A stretch of 64,000 nt of DNA from an uncultured Methanosarcinales archaeon (lineage in GTDB: Archaea; Nanobdellota; Nanobdellia; Woesearchaeales; JAHJBD01): positions 76,037-140,036 of the forward strand of contig CAZHRT010000001.1 in NCBI GenBank assembly GCA_964534665.1. The letters run 5' to 3'. The notes under the pieces are model-generated. The model searched no databases. It was not told the origin of the DNA and saw nothing but the letters and a program-made list of their open reading frames with translations. The first letter of the stretch is position 1, and the number at the start of each line of letters is the position of its first letter. Shown piece after piece: positions 8,406 through 19,766 of the stretch. Both the position numbers and the translations under genes were made by a program.

Positions 8406-8758
8406 GGTCAGATAAGCCACCTTCTGTTAAGGTCCTTAATGATAGTCATTTTCAGCTATCGATGACCCCCTTAGCATTTAACTTAGCGTCATCCTGACTT
8501 GCACAAACCAGGGCTATCCGTTTCATCGTTTCCTTTGGTTAATGTCAACGGATTACCTCATCCCTGTCACCAGGAACTTCACCGCATCATTCCAAGCCCA
8601 AAGGCCGTGTCGTTTCTGAGATGTTGCCTTGAGTTTCCCCAACTCACTTCCGTGAGTGATTGCTCCACCTCATTTTTGGAGTTTAACCAAAAACAAAGGT
8701 TTCAGTGGGTGGACTTTCCTCAGCAATGCCTAAACATCACCGTCAGCTAAGCCTGACC
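8406..8758 (-). ncRNA. rnpB: RNase P RNA
   Basis: Minus strand carries GAGGAAAGTCC near the 5' end and AACAGAAGGTGGCTTAT near the 3' end; GGTCAG/CTGACC P1 termini; GC-rich relative to flanks. Confidence 0.93.
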
Positions 8759-8813
8759 ATACCCAACATATAGGAGTAATTAGTGGTTTTTAAAGTTATC
8801 GCTTAGATAAGAA

Positions 8814-9875
8814 TTATTTACTAAAAACTAAAACTGCTAATTTCCCCTTACCAACACTAAGCTTTCTTTCCTCTTTTAATTTTAATTTATATTCAGAAGA
8901 AACTTTCTTTAACAAATCTAAGTTACTACCACAAACAACCATTACTCCACCATCTTTCAAGACAAACTCAACTTGATGTAAAAATTCATTATACAGTTTC
9001 TCAATCTGCTTAACATCAGACACCCTATTAACTTCTGGAACTTTTGTAACAATCCTATCAATAGATTTTTCTTTAAATTTAGTATCTAACCATTCTATAT
9101 CAACTTTTGAAAAAGTTATATTTTTATGAACACTTGCAATCTTAGCATTCTTCTTAGAATTGTTTAAATCTAACCATTCAGATGCATAACCATAAACTTC
9201 TAATTTTCCATCTTTGACATCATCTTTGAAATCAAATGAAAATAATTTATTAAAAGCTAATTTATCTTTATTATAATAATTAACACTTAAACCTAAACTA
9301 TAAAGTACTGCTTCAATCGGAATAAGGCCAGACCTACAAAAAGGGTCAACTAAAACATCACCAACTTTAAAACCAGATAATCTAACTAAGCCATAAGCAA
9401 TTGTTCCCCTTATAGAATCTTTATGTCCAAACAACTTATAACTTCTTTTTTGTAAGTCAATCCCAGAAAAATCAATTCCAATATAACATTGATCTTTAAC
9501 AAGATAAGCGAATATAATTGTATCTGGATTATTCAAATCAACCTTTCCCTCGATAAATTCACCAACTTTAGATTCTACTTCATCAAGATCGTTATCAATT
9601 TGAACAGAACTAACCCGAAAAGTACCCGTCAAAGAAAAATCAATATTTTTAACCTGTTTAAAATCATCAAGTGAACTAACTTTAAAATTATCTAATAATA
9701 ACAATACCTTATCTACGCTTTGACATTTATAACTCAACAAACAAAGTTCTTTCTCACTTTTAACATCAAGAATACAAAAACCTTCACCTAAAGAAGCACT
9801 AACACCAATCAATTCTTTAATTTCAAGAGCAGCAACATCTTCAAGGCCTTTAGAAACAATAACTAAACATTTCAT
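8814..9875 (-). CDS. THUMP-domain SAM-dependent RNA methyltransferase (Trm14/RlmL-like)
   Basis: [38 protein letters not shown]. Confidence 0.85.
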   Translation of the reverse strand: MKCLVIVSKGLEDVAALEIKELIGVSASLGEGFCILDVKSEKELCLLSYKCQSVDKVLLLLDNFKVSSLDDFKQVKNIDFSLTGTFRVSSVQIDNDLDEVESKVGEFIEGKVDLNNPDTIIFAYLVKDQCYIGIDFSGIDLQKRSYKLFGHKDSIRGTIAYGLVRLSGFKVGDVLVDPFCRSGLIPIEAVLYSLGLSVNYYNKDKLAFNKLFSFDFKDDVKDGKLEVYGYASEWLDLNNSKKNAKIASVHKNITFSKVDIEWLDTKFKEKSIDRIVTKVPEVNRVSDVKQIEKLYNEFLHQVEFVLKDGGVMVVCGSNLDLLKKVSSEYKLKLKEERKLSVGKGKLAVLVFSK

Positions 9876-12340
9876 TCTGTTACAATCTTAGCAGAAGCAA
9901 CTAACTCATCCCCTTCTGAAAGCCTCATCAACCTAACGCCCTGAGTTGCTCTCCCAATCATTGAAATCCCATTAACAGGAATCCTAATACATATACCTTC
10001 CCTGCTTATCATCATAATGTCATCTTCTTCAGAAACAGATCGAATAGCTCTAACCGGCCCATTCCTATCAGAACAAATAATATTCTTAACACCTACTCCA
10101 CCACGATTAGTTTCACGATATTCAGAAATCTTAGTTCGTTTACCAAAACCATTTTTAGTTACAGTTAACAAAGTTTTATTCTCTGATGCAAACACCATTT
10201 CAATAACTTTATCATCGCCTTTAAGAGTAATTCCCCTCACTCCACCAGCATTCCTACCCATTGCCCTAACCTTACTTTCATTAAATCTTATAGCCATTCC
10301 GTTTTTTGTGGCAATTATAACATCTTTTTTACCATCAGTTAATACAACATTAATTAATTCATCACCTTCGTGTAAAGTACAGGCAATTATCCCAGTGTTT
10401 CTTGGTCTACTAAATTGAGATAGATTAGTTTTCTTAACTACGCCAGTTCTAGTTGCCATAATTAAAAAATGCTCATCATCAAATTCTTTAACAGGAACAT
10501 ATGTACTAATTGTTTCATCATTTTCAAGATTCAATAAATTAACAATTGGTTTACCTTTAGCAATCCTACTGCCTTCAGGAATATTATAAACCTTTAACCA
10601 ATAAACCCTCCCCTTATTTGTAAAAAATAATAAATAAGAATGTGTATTAGCAACAAAAATATCTTCAACAAAATCCTCATCTTTTGTTCCTGCAGCAATA
10701 ACCCCTTTCCCACCACGTTTTTGTTGTTTATATGTTTCAACAGGAACTCTTTTGATATAACCTGAATGACTAATAGTGATTACCATTTCTTCAGGCTTAA
10801 TTAAATCTTCCATATCAATATCCTCATCGCCGTCTTCTGCAATACCTGTCCTTCTTTCATCACCATATTTCTCACGTATTTCAATTAATTCATTTTTTAT
10901 GATATCAAGAATCTTTTGTTCATCAGCTAATATGGTTGTTAATCTTTCAATAAGCTTAACTAATTCATCCAACTCATTTCTAATCTTATCTTGTTCTAAA
11001 GAAGTAATTTTTTGCAATTTCATATCCAAAATAGCATTAGCTTGTTTTTCAGATAATGAAAAATTAGCAATCAATGCTTGCCTAGCTTCTGCAACTGCTT
11101 TACTTTCTTTTAAGATTTTAATTGCTTGATCAATATTATCTAAAGCAATAACAATGCCTTTTAAGATATGCTCTTTATCTTTTGCAGCATTAAGATCAAA
11201 CTCTATCCTTTTCCTAACAACTTCTCTTCTATGATCAATAAAGTGTTGAAGCATCTGTTTTAAATTTAAAACACGTGGCTCATTATCAACCAAAGCAAGC
11301 ATGATAACACCAAAAGTGGTTTGCATTCTACTATGCTTATACAATTGATTCAACAAAACATCTGGATCAGCATTTTGCTTAAGTTCAATCACAACTCGCA
11401 TACCTTCTCTATCAGATTCATCTCTCAAATCAGAAATAGTATCAACTTTCTTATCTCGAACAAGGTTTGCTATTTCCTTTACCATCTCTGATTTATTAAC
11501 CATATAAGGAATTTCTGTAATAATAATTTTCTGCTTATTTTTAACCTCTTCAATATTGGTCTTAGCTCTTAAACGTAATTTACCCCTACCAGAAGTATAT
11601 GCACCAACAATCCCATTTCTACCACAAATTGTTGCACCAGTTGGAAAATCTGGTCCTGTGATACACTCCATTAACTCTCCAACAGTAATCTCAGGATTAT
11701 CCATCTGTTTAATAATACCTTCAACAATTTCATTCATGTTATGTGGAGGTATATTTGTTGCCATACCAACAGCAATACCAGAAGAACCATTTAATAACAA
11801 ATTAGGAAATTTAGCAGGAAGTACAGAAGGTTCTTTAAGACTACTATCAAAATTATCAACCATCTTAACAGTCTTTTTTTCAATGTCATGCAACATTTCC
11901 TCAGACAATTTGTTAAGTTTAGCTTCTGTATACCTCATTGCAGCAGCACGATCACCATCAATACTACCAAAATTACCTTGACCTTGAATTAAAGGATAAC
12001 GAAGAGACCAATTCTGAGCCATCCTAACCATTGAATCATAAACAGCAGAATCTCCATGTGGATGATACTTTCCCAAAACTTCCCCTACAATTCTAGCAGA
12101 CTTTCTAGAAGGCTTATTATGGAACATGCCCATATCATGCATAGCAAACAAAATTCTTCTGTGTACAGGCTTTAAACCGTCTCTAACATCAGGCAAAGCC
12201 CTTCCAACAATAACAGACATAGCATAATCTACATAACTTTGCCTCATTTCATCTTCGATTACACGAGGCACAATATTCTGCTTTTCAGGGGTATTTTCCT
12301 GATTAGATTCTTTGTTATTTTCAACCTGATTTTCATCCAT
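9872..12340 (-). CDS. gyrA: DNA gyrase subunit A
   Basis: [29 protein letters not shown] active site, GyrA-box QKRGGKG, beta-pinwheel C-terminal domain. Confidence 0.98.
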   Translation of the reverse strand: MDENQVENNKESNQENTPEKQNIVPRVIEDEMRQSYVDYAMSVIVGRALPDVRDGLKPVHRRILFAMHDMGMFHNKPSRKSARIVGEVLGKYHPHGDSAVYDSMVRMAQNWSLRYPLIQGQGNFGSIDGDRAAAMRYTEAKLNKLSEEMLHDIEKKTVKMVDNFDSSLKEPSVLPAKFPNLLLNGSSGIAVGMATNIPPHNMNEIVEGIIKQMDNPEITVGELMECITGPDFPTGATICGRNGIVGAYTSGRGKLRLRAKTNIEEVKNKQKIIITEIPYMVNKSEMVKEIANLVRDKKVDTISDLRDESDREGMRVVIELKQNADPDVLLNQLYKHSRMQTTFGVIMLALVDNEPRVLNLKQMLQHFIDHRREVVRKRIEFDLNAAKDKEHILKGIVIALDNIDQAIKILKESKAVAEARQALIANFSLSEKQANAILDMKLQKITSLEQDKIRNELDELVKLIERLTTILADEQKILDIIKNELIEIREKYGDERRTGIAEDGDEDIDMEDLIKPEEMVITISHSGYIKRVPVETYKQQKRGGKGVIAAGTKDEDFVEDIFVANTHSYLLFFTNKGRVYWLKVYNIPEGSRIAKGKPIVNLLNLENDETISTYVPVKEFDDEHFLIMATRTGVVKKTNLSQFSRPRNTGIIACTLHEGDELINVVLTDGKKDVIIATKNGMAIRFNESKVRAMGRNAGGVRGITLKGDDKVIEMVFASENKTLLTVTKNGFGKRTKISEYRETNRGGVGVKNIICSDRNGPVRAIRSVSEEDDIMMISREGICIRIPVNGISMIGRATQGVRLMRLSEGDELVASAKIVTE

Positions 12341-12409
12341 TTTATCGTCGAGAAAATAGTAATTCCCACATCAATTAGAATAGTGGTTTTCTTTATAAAT
12401 CTTATGGTT

Positions 12410-12452
12410 ATGTTAGAAATAGCATTAGTGATTTCTAAGCATCCTAGAAATC
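12410..12452. repeat. Degenerate copy of the palindromic element
   Basis: ATGTTAGAAAT..ATTTCTAA-GCATCC-TAGAAATC. Confidence 0.55.
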
Positions 12453-12492
12453 TCTTTGAAATTGTAAAATTCTATAATTTAGAACTAAGAAA

Positions 12493-12624
12493 TTAACCAA
12501 TTATGTTATTTTTAACACTAAAATTCTTACCACAATAAACACATGCTTTTGATTTGCCTTTAATAATACTATTCCTACTTTCATACTTCATTTTATTATG
12601 ACATTTAGGACATCTAAGGATCAT
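12493..12624 (-). CDS. Small zinc-ribbon protein (43 aa)
   Basis: Hand translation MILRCPKCHNKMKYESRNSIIKGKSKACVYCGKNFSVKNNIIG; two CxxC motifs; ATGA overlap with the scpB stop. Confidence 0.8.
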   Translation of the reverse strand: MILRCPKCHNKMKYESRNSIIKGKSKACVYCGKNFSVKNNIIG

Positions 12625-13808
12625 TCTTCCTCTTTATCTATACTTTCAGAATCAGCTTCAAGCAAATCTTTCGCTCCTGGTTGGTCTTTTATAGGGATAC
12701 GATCATCAGGGTTTTCTTCTTTCTTTGGTTCTTGTATTTCTTCAGAAGGTTCTTCTTGGACTTCTTCTTTAACTTCTTCGCTAGATTCTTCTTTTGACTG
12801 TTCTAAACTCTCTTGTGCTTGGTCTTGTTCAGTTTCTTTTTCTGGTGTTTCTTCTACTTGTTCTTCTGGTTCAGGTCCTACTTCTTCTTTACCAGTAACT
12901 TCTTTATTATAATACCCAAAAACATGACTTACTTTATCATCAATCTTTTCTTCAGGTGCTTTAACTTCCGCTACAGCCTCAGTTCCTTCTTCAACTTCAT
13001 CTACATATTCTTCTTGATCAATTTGTTCTTCCTCAGCAACAGGTTTTTTTGGAACATCATAAACATTCATCCCATTAACTTCATCCTTAACAACTTCAGT
13101 ATGTGCTTCAGACTCTTTTGGTTTTTCTTCTTGTTGAATTTCTGACACATTAACAACATCAAGTTCTACTTCATTTCCTTCATTATCAATTAAATCAACT
13201 TCTTTATCATTTTCTTCAATTTCTTTCTTTTTCTTTGCTTCTTCTTTTAGTCTCTTTCGATGTTCTTCACGAATTTTTCTTATATCTTCTTCTTTATCTT
13301 CAATTGTTTTAGCAATAGACTCAAAATCTCTAAATTGGTCCTTTAAATTATCTTCTTTAAGATCAAAATATTCAAAAAATTTATCTGTTAACTTAATCAA
13401 CTTTGATCTACCATGTTTTTGCCTCGATATATAACCAAGTTCTTCAAGCTCCCTAAGATGATCATAAGCCTTATTACTCCTTATCCTAATCAAATCAGCT
13501 TGTTTTATAGGATATTTAAAAGCAATAACCGCTAAAGTCTCCATCAATGTTTTACTTAACTCAGTTTTAGAAACAATTTTCTTTATTAACTCCAAAAAAC
13601 TAGGTTTATTTGTTAATTTCCAATATATCCCATCATTAACAACTGTTAAAGCAGTATTTTCATTTTCAGCATAATCTTTACGTAACTCTTCTAAAGCAGG
13701 TTTTAAAGCATCTTGTTCAACCATTAACAAGTTTCCAAGCTCTTCAATAGACATTCTTCTACCAGAAGAAAACAATAGCGCCTCAACTTTCTTTTTAATC
13801 TCACTCAT
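12621..13808 (-). CDS. scpB: SMC-Scp subunit ScpB with long acidic C-terminal tail
   Basis: VEALLFSSG; LSKTLMETLAVIAFKYPIKQADL; LTDKFFEYF. Confidence 0.9.
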   Translation of the reverse strand: MSEIKKKVEALLFSSGRRMSIEELGNLLMVEQDALKPALEELRKDYAENENTALTVVNDGIYWKLTNKPSFLELIKKIVSKTELSKTLMETLAVIAFKYPIKQADLIRIRSNKAYDHLRELEELGYISRQKHGRSKLIKLTDKFFEYFDLKEDNLKDQFRDFESIAKTIEDKEEDIRKIREEHRKRLKEEAKKKKEIEENDKEVDLIDNEGNEVELDVVNVSEIQQEEKPKESEAHTEVVKDEVNGMNVYDVPKKPVAEEEQIDQEEYVDEVEEGTEAVAEVKAPEEKIDDKVSHVFGYYNKEVTGKEEVGPEPEEQVEETPEKETEQDQAQESLEQSKEESSEEVKEEVQEEPSEEIQEPKKEENPDDRIPIKDQPGAKDLLEADSESIDKEEE

Positions 13809-14377
13809 TTGAGTGAATAGAAATCTTCTTCTTTTTTAATTTTTCCTTCTTTTTCAAGATTATCAAGCAAAGGTTTTAGTTCTTTATCAATAATCCCACT
13901 ATATTTTGAAATATCATCAGATGTACTATCACCTTTAACAGATAAAAGAACTAAAACTAAGTTTAATAGTGTTGTCCGCATATTTCTCTTTAAAAAACCG
14001 TTCTCTGCCCTTAATTGTTTGGCAACAGAATCAAGACCGTGTAATTTAGCTTGAAGATCATTTAACACACCTGCAACATCAAGATTGCTAAATTCCATTT
14101 TTTCTGGTTTTAAAACCTCAATAGATGAAGGCATATAACTAAAACAAAAACCAAACATTTCTTGAACATCCTTAACAACCATTTCTAATTCAACAAAAAC
14201 ACTCCACATCTTACCTTGCTCTTTAACATCTGAATATTCTTCTTTTAAGATAAGATAATCTGGGTTTTCCTTAATATCTTTAACATAATCCTTTATAGCT
14301 TTCTCTACGTGCTCTTTTGGTTTTCCTAAAACCTCAAGAATTGTAATAAATCTTACTTTTTTACCTTCTTCTACCAT
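13805..14377 (-). CDS. Hypothetical protein (ferredoxin-like N-terminus, coiled coil, C-terminal winged-helix-like segment)
   Basis: ILEVLGKPKEHVE...YMPSSIEVLKP; translationally coupled to scpB. Confidence 0.75.
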   Translation of the reverse strand: MVEEGKKVRFITILEVLGKPKEHVEKAIKDYVKDIKENPDYLILKEEYSDVKEQGKMWSVFVELEMVVKDVQEMFGFCFSYMPSSIEVLKPEKMEFSNLDVAGVLNDLQAKLHGLDSVAKQLRAENGFLKRNMRTTLLNLVLVLLSVKGDSTSDDISKYSGIIDKELKPLLDNLEKEGKIKKEEDFYSLK

Positions 14378-14408
14378 TAAGTCATAGAATTAAACAGGAT
14401 TTATAAAA

Positions 14409-16178
14409 TTATTCCTTCTTTAGAATAAGATAAACAACAAACATACCCAATACAATAATTAAAAAACTTGTAATCATCTTTTTAGCTTTAAAATCATTTG
14501 ATTCATACACCAAATAAGGTTCTTTATACTTTACATAATTAGGATATAAAGAAGGTTGTATCTGTTCTTCTTTCAAAGATTCTGAATCCTTAACCTGAAC
14601 AATCTGCTTTTCTTCTTTTGTTTGAATTCCAATTACATTTATATCTTCTATTAACTGTTTATTTGTTTTCTGTTCATCTTTATTAATCAAAACTTTAAGC
14701 TTATAATCTCCTGGATCTGCATCTAAAACAATATTTCCGAGTTCAACTGTTGAAATACTCCCACCTTCCAAATAAAATGCCCTTTTATTATCCTCCCTAT
14801 CACCAGAATATGTTTTTGGTCCCCTATATACATAACTCCAAATTGCAACAGGAAACCCATCATCACCAGTATTTTCAAGCCTAACTTTAGTTACAAATTC
14901 TCTACCAAGATTAATAGATTTATCAATCTCAACAATTCGATAATCTAACTTTCCACTACTTGTTTTTTTCTCAACAACAACCTCTTCACACATTGATTTA
15001 GTGAAACCTGAAATGTCCATCTCCAAGCTATCCTCCAAATCTAACCCTTCCATAAATAATGTATATTGACCATCTTCATAATTCTGATCACAATTAGGTT
15101 TTAATTGAACAGGCAAAGTCAAAGTATAATTAGTATATTCTGAATAAACATTTGTTTTACTCTCTTTACTAACTCTCTCGTCTTCATTAGCAACCCATAA
15201 CGCAATACTATTTTTTGTTGTTTCACCTTTATGAATTTGTGCTTTAACCCTTATTGTTTGTCCAAATTTTGCTTTATTATCATTACCCAAATCATAAATT
15301 TTCTCAATCTTAAGTGAAGATTCAGAATTTCTTGCAGAACTATAAATCGCAAAAAGTTTTGTATCATAATTATTTGTTAAATCAGACTCATTACAACTTA
15401 TTTGTAAAGTTGCATTTATTAAATAAGCCATGCCTTTATCAAGATTAGGTGTATATTTTGAAGATGTCCTTTTTAAGGTAGCAGAACTGTTTGTCCAGGG
15501 TTTATATTCTTTAACAATATTACCGAAAAAATCACTGATATAAATTCTCCCAGTAATATTTGTTTTTTTATCATAAAGATTAGTTGCCCTTACTCTAAAA
15601 TCAAAATCTTCTCTATTAAACAAAGTTTTATTTAAAATAATTTCAATTTTCCAGTCACAAGTTCCATTTTCACGAATCATAAAACCAGAATTATCAAAAC
15701 CAGGGGTTGGATCTGCTAGATACCAACTATTATTCAATAAAGCCAAACTTTTTCCTGTTTCAGAACTTAAGTAACTAACATTATAAATCAACACAGAATC
15801 ATCATACAAATAAATATTTTCACCACTATTTCTTAAACCATTTCCAATTGAAGAATCTTCAACATACAATCTTACAACATCAGAATCCACATTAAAGTTA
15901 TTATAAACTCGTGTTGTATCATCAGTGATAATTGCATAACCTTTTGCAGGGATAACTGTGCCACCACCATTATATAATCCACCCTCAATAACATCTAATT
16001 CAGAATCATCACCAATCAACCAACCACTAACATCAACTTCAGAATCCCCATTATTGTAAAGTTCTATCCATTCATTTAATGATTCATCATACAAAGGATT
16101 AGGCATAATTTCATTTATTACAATATCTGCAGAAACAACTGGAATTAAGATTATAAACAATATCAAAGATATTTTCAA
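14409..16178 (-). CDS. Secreted, membrane-anchored lamin-tail-domain protein
   Basis: Signal peptide; IVINEIMPNP...EWIELYN...VDVSGW LTD motif; PTPG; C-terminal TM followed by KKE. Confidence 0.85.
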   Translation of the reverse strand: MKISLILFIILIPVVSADIVINEIMPNPLYDESLNEWIELYNNGDSEVDVSGWLIGDDSELDVIEGGLYNGGGTVIPAKGYAIITDDTTRVYNNFNVDSDVVRLYVEDSSIGNGLRNSGENIYLYDDSVLIYNVSYLSSETGKSLALLNNSWYLADPTPGFDNSGFMIRENGTCDWKIEIILNKTLFNREDFDFRVRATNLYDKKTNITGRIYISDFFGNIVKEYKPWTNSSATLKRTSSKYTPNLDKGMAYLINATLQISCNESDLTNNYDTKLFAIYSSARNSESSLKIEKIYDLGNDNKAKFGQTIRVKAQIHKGETTKNSIALWVANEDERVSKESKTNVYSEYTNYTLTLPVQLKPNCDQNYEDGQYTLFMEGLDLEDSLEMDISGFTKSMCEEVVVEKKTSSGKLDYRIVEIDKSINLGREFVTKVRLENTGDDGFPVAIWSYVYRGPKTYSGDREDNKRAFYLEGGSISTVELGNIVLDADPGDYKLKVLINKDEQKTNKQLIEDINVIGIQTKEEKQIVQVKDSESLKEEQIQPSLYPNYVKYKEPYLVYESNDFKAKKMITSFLIIVLGMFVVYLILKKE

Positions 16179-16248
16179 TATTACCCCTAAGAAAGCGAAT
16201 GAAAAAAACTATATAAAATTATTTATTAATTAGCTCATTAGAATTCAT

Positions 16249-16890
16249 CTAAAAATGTAGTAATATGTGTCTAAAAAGAGCTGTTCTAGCTCTCAATACT
16301 TTCTTTTTCACAACAGCTACATCAACTCTTTCAAAAAGTCTTGGACTATCTCTACGCATTCCAATTCGAGAAAATGCTGTTAATGCTTTTACATCATTAG
16401 AAAACGCAGGATTTTTATCCCTAAAAGCAATCAAAATATCCTTAAATGGTCTTGTGGGGATTTTTAATTTCTTAAGATAATTACCAATTCTAATTATACT
16501 AAAACCAAGCGAAGGATCTAATAAAAATAAGTAAAATACATCGGCATTAGCTGTACCAATGCCAAATTCAATACAAGCAACAAACTTTGAAAAAGCAAGA
16601 GCAAGTGCATGATCCCTTGTTTTAGGGGTAGTTATTTTATATCTTTCAGGTTCAAGTTCATATCCAATTAATCCAACACATTCTTCAATTGTTTTACCAA
16701 GAAAATTTCTATACGCATTCCTATTTTTAGGAAAATTTAATTGGCTAGAAAGCGTTTTAAACTGTGCAGCTATCTGTTGATAATCAGTAGCAATCAACTC
16801 ATCAAAATTATCTTCAATTTCTTCTTCTCTTTTTTCAATACTTTTTCTAGCTTTTGCAGCAAAATCCTGAACAAGACTTAAATGTTTCAT
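16249..16890 (-). CDS. Hypothetical protein
   Basis: 213-aa ORF filling the intergenic space; no recognised motif. Confidence 0.65.
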   Translation of the reverse strand: MKHLSLVQDFAAKARKSIEKREEEIEDNFDELIATDYQQIAAQFKTLSSQLNFPKNRNAYRNFLGKTIEECVGLIGYELEPERYKITTPKTRDHALALAFSKFVACIEFGIGTANADVFYLFLLDPSLGFSIIRIGNYLKKLKIPTRPFKDILIAFRDKNPAFSNDVKALTAFSRIGMRRDSPRLFERVDVAVVKKKVLRARTALFRHILLHF

Positions 16891-16927
16891 TTATAATGCT
16901 TAATAATCCCTTAATTTATATTATTTT

Positions 16928-17656
16928 CTATTCTATAAACTCCCATAAAACCGTAGCAATTGTATAATCTGGATCAGGTATAGAATCTACAAGCTCTAAC
17001 CTGATTGTCTGTTCATCCCCACTAAAATCAATAAGTACAGATTCGCTTTTCCTAATACCATCATTCTTAACTAAAATATCATCAGTTGTAAAAGTTCTAA
17101 CTGGTAAAGCGTCCTTAACTGATTGTGTCCACTCGTCATAAACCTTAACACCTACTTTAGGTTTAATAGCATGATCCCCCTGATTAATTATTGTATAATC
17201 AATTTTATCAATCCTTCCTTCGCCATCAAAATAAGAATAATCAACATCATCAATTGAAATTGTAATCCCATTTTCAGCACTCATATAAGTGGAAGTAATT
17301 TCTAACAATACGTCATCACATTGTATACTTTCATTAACAATTCTTCCATCTTCACAACGATAATAATAAGCAACAATTTCTTCAGTAATGTTACATGCAG
17401 GACATTTAACAGAAGGACACTCAATTTCTTCAAACTCTTCACAAATTTCACATTCAGTAGAATTAACATTTGGACATGGTTCAAATACAGGATCATTAAG
17501 GTTAGCAATATAAATTGCACCAAAAACAAAAGCACTCAACAAAACTAACAATCCAAACAAATTCATTCCAAATTTCTTAAAAAAAAGCCACTTTAAAATT
17601 TCACCAAAAGTAGGGTCCTTTTTCTCTTCATGTTGTAATGCTGAATCAGGGTCCAT
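16928..17656 (-). CDS. Hypothetical membrane-anchored protein with Cys-rich linker and acidic extracellular beta domain
   Basis: N-terminal TM, then CP..CEIC..CP..CPAC..C.DG..C. Confidence 0.75.
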   Translation of the reverse strand: MDPDSALQHEEKKDPTFGEILKWLFFKKFGMNLFGLLVLLSAFVFGAIYIANLNDPVFEPCPNVNSTECEICEEFEEIECPSVKCPACNITEEIVAYYYRCEDGRIVNESIQCDDVLLEITSTYMSAENGITISIDDVDYSYFDGEGRIDKIDYTIINQGDHAIKPKVGVKVYDEWTQSVKDALPVRTFTTDDILVKNDGIRKSESVLIDFSGDEQTIRLELVDSIPDPDYTIATVLWEFIE

Positions 17657-17712
17657 ATTAAAAAGTAAGATTTACTTATTTATATTTATGTCGGAAATTC
17701 AGTATATAATCT

Positions 17713-18708
17713 TTATTTCCATACACCAACAATCTTTTCTTTATTTAACATGCCTTGCTTAATATTATTTTTAACAATATTAAACCTGCCTCTTTCAATA
17801 GCAACCTTTTTACCTTTAGGAGAATATGTATTACTTGCTTCATTTGCCAAAACATTTCCAACATAGACATAATTTAAACCAGATTTTAAAGCAATTTCTC
17901 TTGACATCATTAAAGTAGAAGCAGGAGTAGGAATCTTATCTAACATTTTATTACAAGGATAAAATGCACTAAAATGAAGTGGAACATCTTTTCCAACATT
18001 CTCTTTGATCCATTCACACATTTCTTTAATTTGTTCTATATTATCATTTAATTTAGGGATTATCAAATTTGTAAGTTCTAACCAAACTCCTGCTTTCTTG
18101 ATAGTTTTTATTGATTCCAAAATAGGTTCAAGCCAAGCTGTTGTATATTTTCTATAAAATCTATCATCAAAACTCTTTAAATCAATATTTGCTGCATCAA
18201 TATATTTACACCATTCTTTAAGCGGTTCTTGATTAATAAATCCATTACATACAATAATATTCTTAATTCCTTCTTTTTTAGCAATTTTCATAATATCCAA
18301 AGCATATTCATAAAATACAATTGGATCATTATAGGTATAAGCAATTGATTTACAACCAGCTTGTTTAGCTTTTTCAACAACAGCTTTAGGAGAAATAAAC
18401 TCACAATCAAAATCATTTGCTTGAGAAATTTCCCAGTTCTGACAAAAATCACAATGTAAATTACATCCAATAGTACCAAAAGAAAAAACTTTTGATCCAG
18501 GTAAAAAATGATACAAAGGTTTTTTTTCAATAGGATCAACAGCTAAAGAACAAGGTTTACCATAAACTTTTGAATATAATTTACCTTTAACATTCTCCCT
18601 AACTCTACATTGTCCAACAGCCCCTTCTTTAATTACACATAATTTAGGACACAAAATACATTGTACAACAGATTTATTCTTACTATTCCAATACTTTGCT
18701 TGTTCCAT
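17713..18708 (-). CDS. amrS: AmmeMemoRadiSam-type radical SAM enzyme
   Basis: CILCPKLC..GQCRVR; DPIEKKPLYHF; CNLHCDFCQNWEISQ (CxxxCxxC). Confidence 0.88.
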   Translation of the reverse strand: MEQAKYWNSKNKSVVQCILCPKLCVIKEGAVGQCRVRENVKGKLYSKVYGKPCSLAVDPIEKKPLYHFLPGSKVFSFGTIGCNLHCDFCQNWEISQANDFDCEFISPKAVVEKAKQAGCKSIAYTYNDPIVFYEYALDIMKIAKKEGIKNIIVCNGFINQEPLKEWCKYIDAANIDLKSFDDRFYRKYTTAWLEPILESIKTIKKAGVWLELTNLIIPKLNDNIEQIKEMCEWIKENVGKDVPLHFSAFYPCNKMLDKIPTPASTLMMSREIALKSGLNYVYVGNVLANEASNTYSPKGKKVAIERGRFNIVKNNIKQGMLNKEKIVGVWK

Positions 18709-18824
18709 ATTATTAATATTCCAAATCCATTATATTAAAGTTTCCACAAATTAGTTACCATTATTTAATGAACCTAAATATTTTTAAATGTACACTACAT
18801 AAAAAAATAAAAGGGGTGAATTTA

Positions 18825-19538
18825 TTGAAATTATTCGAGAAGAAGAAGAAAGATTTCTCAACTGAAAAACTAGACGTTCCGCCAGCTCCGCCTCCAATGT
18901 ATGAACCTATTCCTGCTCCAAATGAGCTTCCAGTTGAACCAGCACCATTACCAGAATTACCTAAATTTGAAATGCCAGAAGCACCTAATTTATCACAATC
19001 ACTTAATCCTCCAAATATTCCTGAAAAAAAGAAGTTTAGTTTTTTCAAGAAAAAAGCACCAGCTTTACAACAACCATTGCCACATAATTTACCAGAACAA
19101 ACATTACCACCAATCGAAGAACTAAATGCTCCTAAAATACAACAACCAATATTACCACAAATTAACACACCAACTTTTCCAGAAATGCCTGAAGCACCAG
19201 CTATCGAACCAATTTTTCCTGAAATTCCTCAAGCTCCTATTGAACCAGCTTTACCACAAATGCCACAAGAACCTATTGTACAACAACCAGTTCCTCAAGC
19301 ACCAATTGCTCCTAAGATAGAATCAAAAGAAAAATACCTTGGAATTGAAAGTTTTAGAAGAATAATGGACAATGTAAAAGGAATAAAAAATACAGTTAAA
19401 TTAGTTGTTGGTATGCCTGTTGAAGTAGAACAAGAAGAAAAACAACTTAACAAAAATTTCGAATCATGGAAAGCTAGTATGAAAGACATACAAAAACAGC
19501 TTTCTTTCATTGATAAAATATTATTTGAAGGTGATTAA
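18825..19538 (+). CDS. Proline-rich protein with C-terminal coiled-coil domain
   Basis: TTG start after GGGGTGA Shine-Dalgarno; PxxP-rich linker; C-terminus W..SMKDIQKQLSFIDKILFE. Confidence 0.8.
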   Translation: MKLFEKKKKDFSTEKLDVPPAPPPMYEPIPAPNELPVEPAPLPELPKFEMPEAPNLSQSLNPPNIPEKKKFSFFKKKAPALQQPLPHNLPEQTLPPIEELNAPKIQQPILPQINTPTFPEMPEAPAIEPIFPEIPQAPIEPALPQMPQEPIVQQPVPQAPIAPKIESKEKYLGIESFRRIMDNVKGIKNTVKLVVGMPVEVEQEEKQLNKNFESWKASMKDIQKQLSFIDKILFEGD

Positions 19539-19760
19539 ATGGAAGCTCCAGTATTTGTAAAAATTGATGAATATAAAGACGTGCTAGACACAATACAACT
19601 AGCTAAAGAAAAACTAGAAGATGCTAAGTCAACATTACAACAAATTGAAAGCATCAAACAAAAAGAAGACAACGAACTTATCGATTGGAAAACAACAATT
19701 GATGAAATTGAACAGCGGCTTGAAGGTATTGACAACATCTTATTTGAACCAGAAGCATAA
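19539..19760 (+). CDS. Small coiled-coil protein paralogous to the C-terminus of the upstream gene
   Basis: PVFVKIDEYK...W..IDEIEQRLEGIDNILFE; GGTGA Shine-Dalgarno. Confidence 0.85.
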   Translation: MEAPVFVKIDEYKDVLDTIQLAKEKLEDAKSTLQQIESIKQKEDNELIDWKTTIDEIEQRLEGIDNILFEPEA

Positions 19761-19766
19761 ATAAAT

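Noticed and set aside
8261..8750. ORF-track + strand ORFs 8261-8497 and 8499-8750
   Set aside because: They are antisense to Sec61beta and the RNase P RNA and have no protein-like features.
10017..11981. Antisense ORFs over gyrA, and similar ones over rnj, pcn, ribosomal and aro genes (e.g. 43238-43855)
   Set aside because: Shadow frames of well-supported genes, caused by codon bias.
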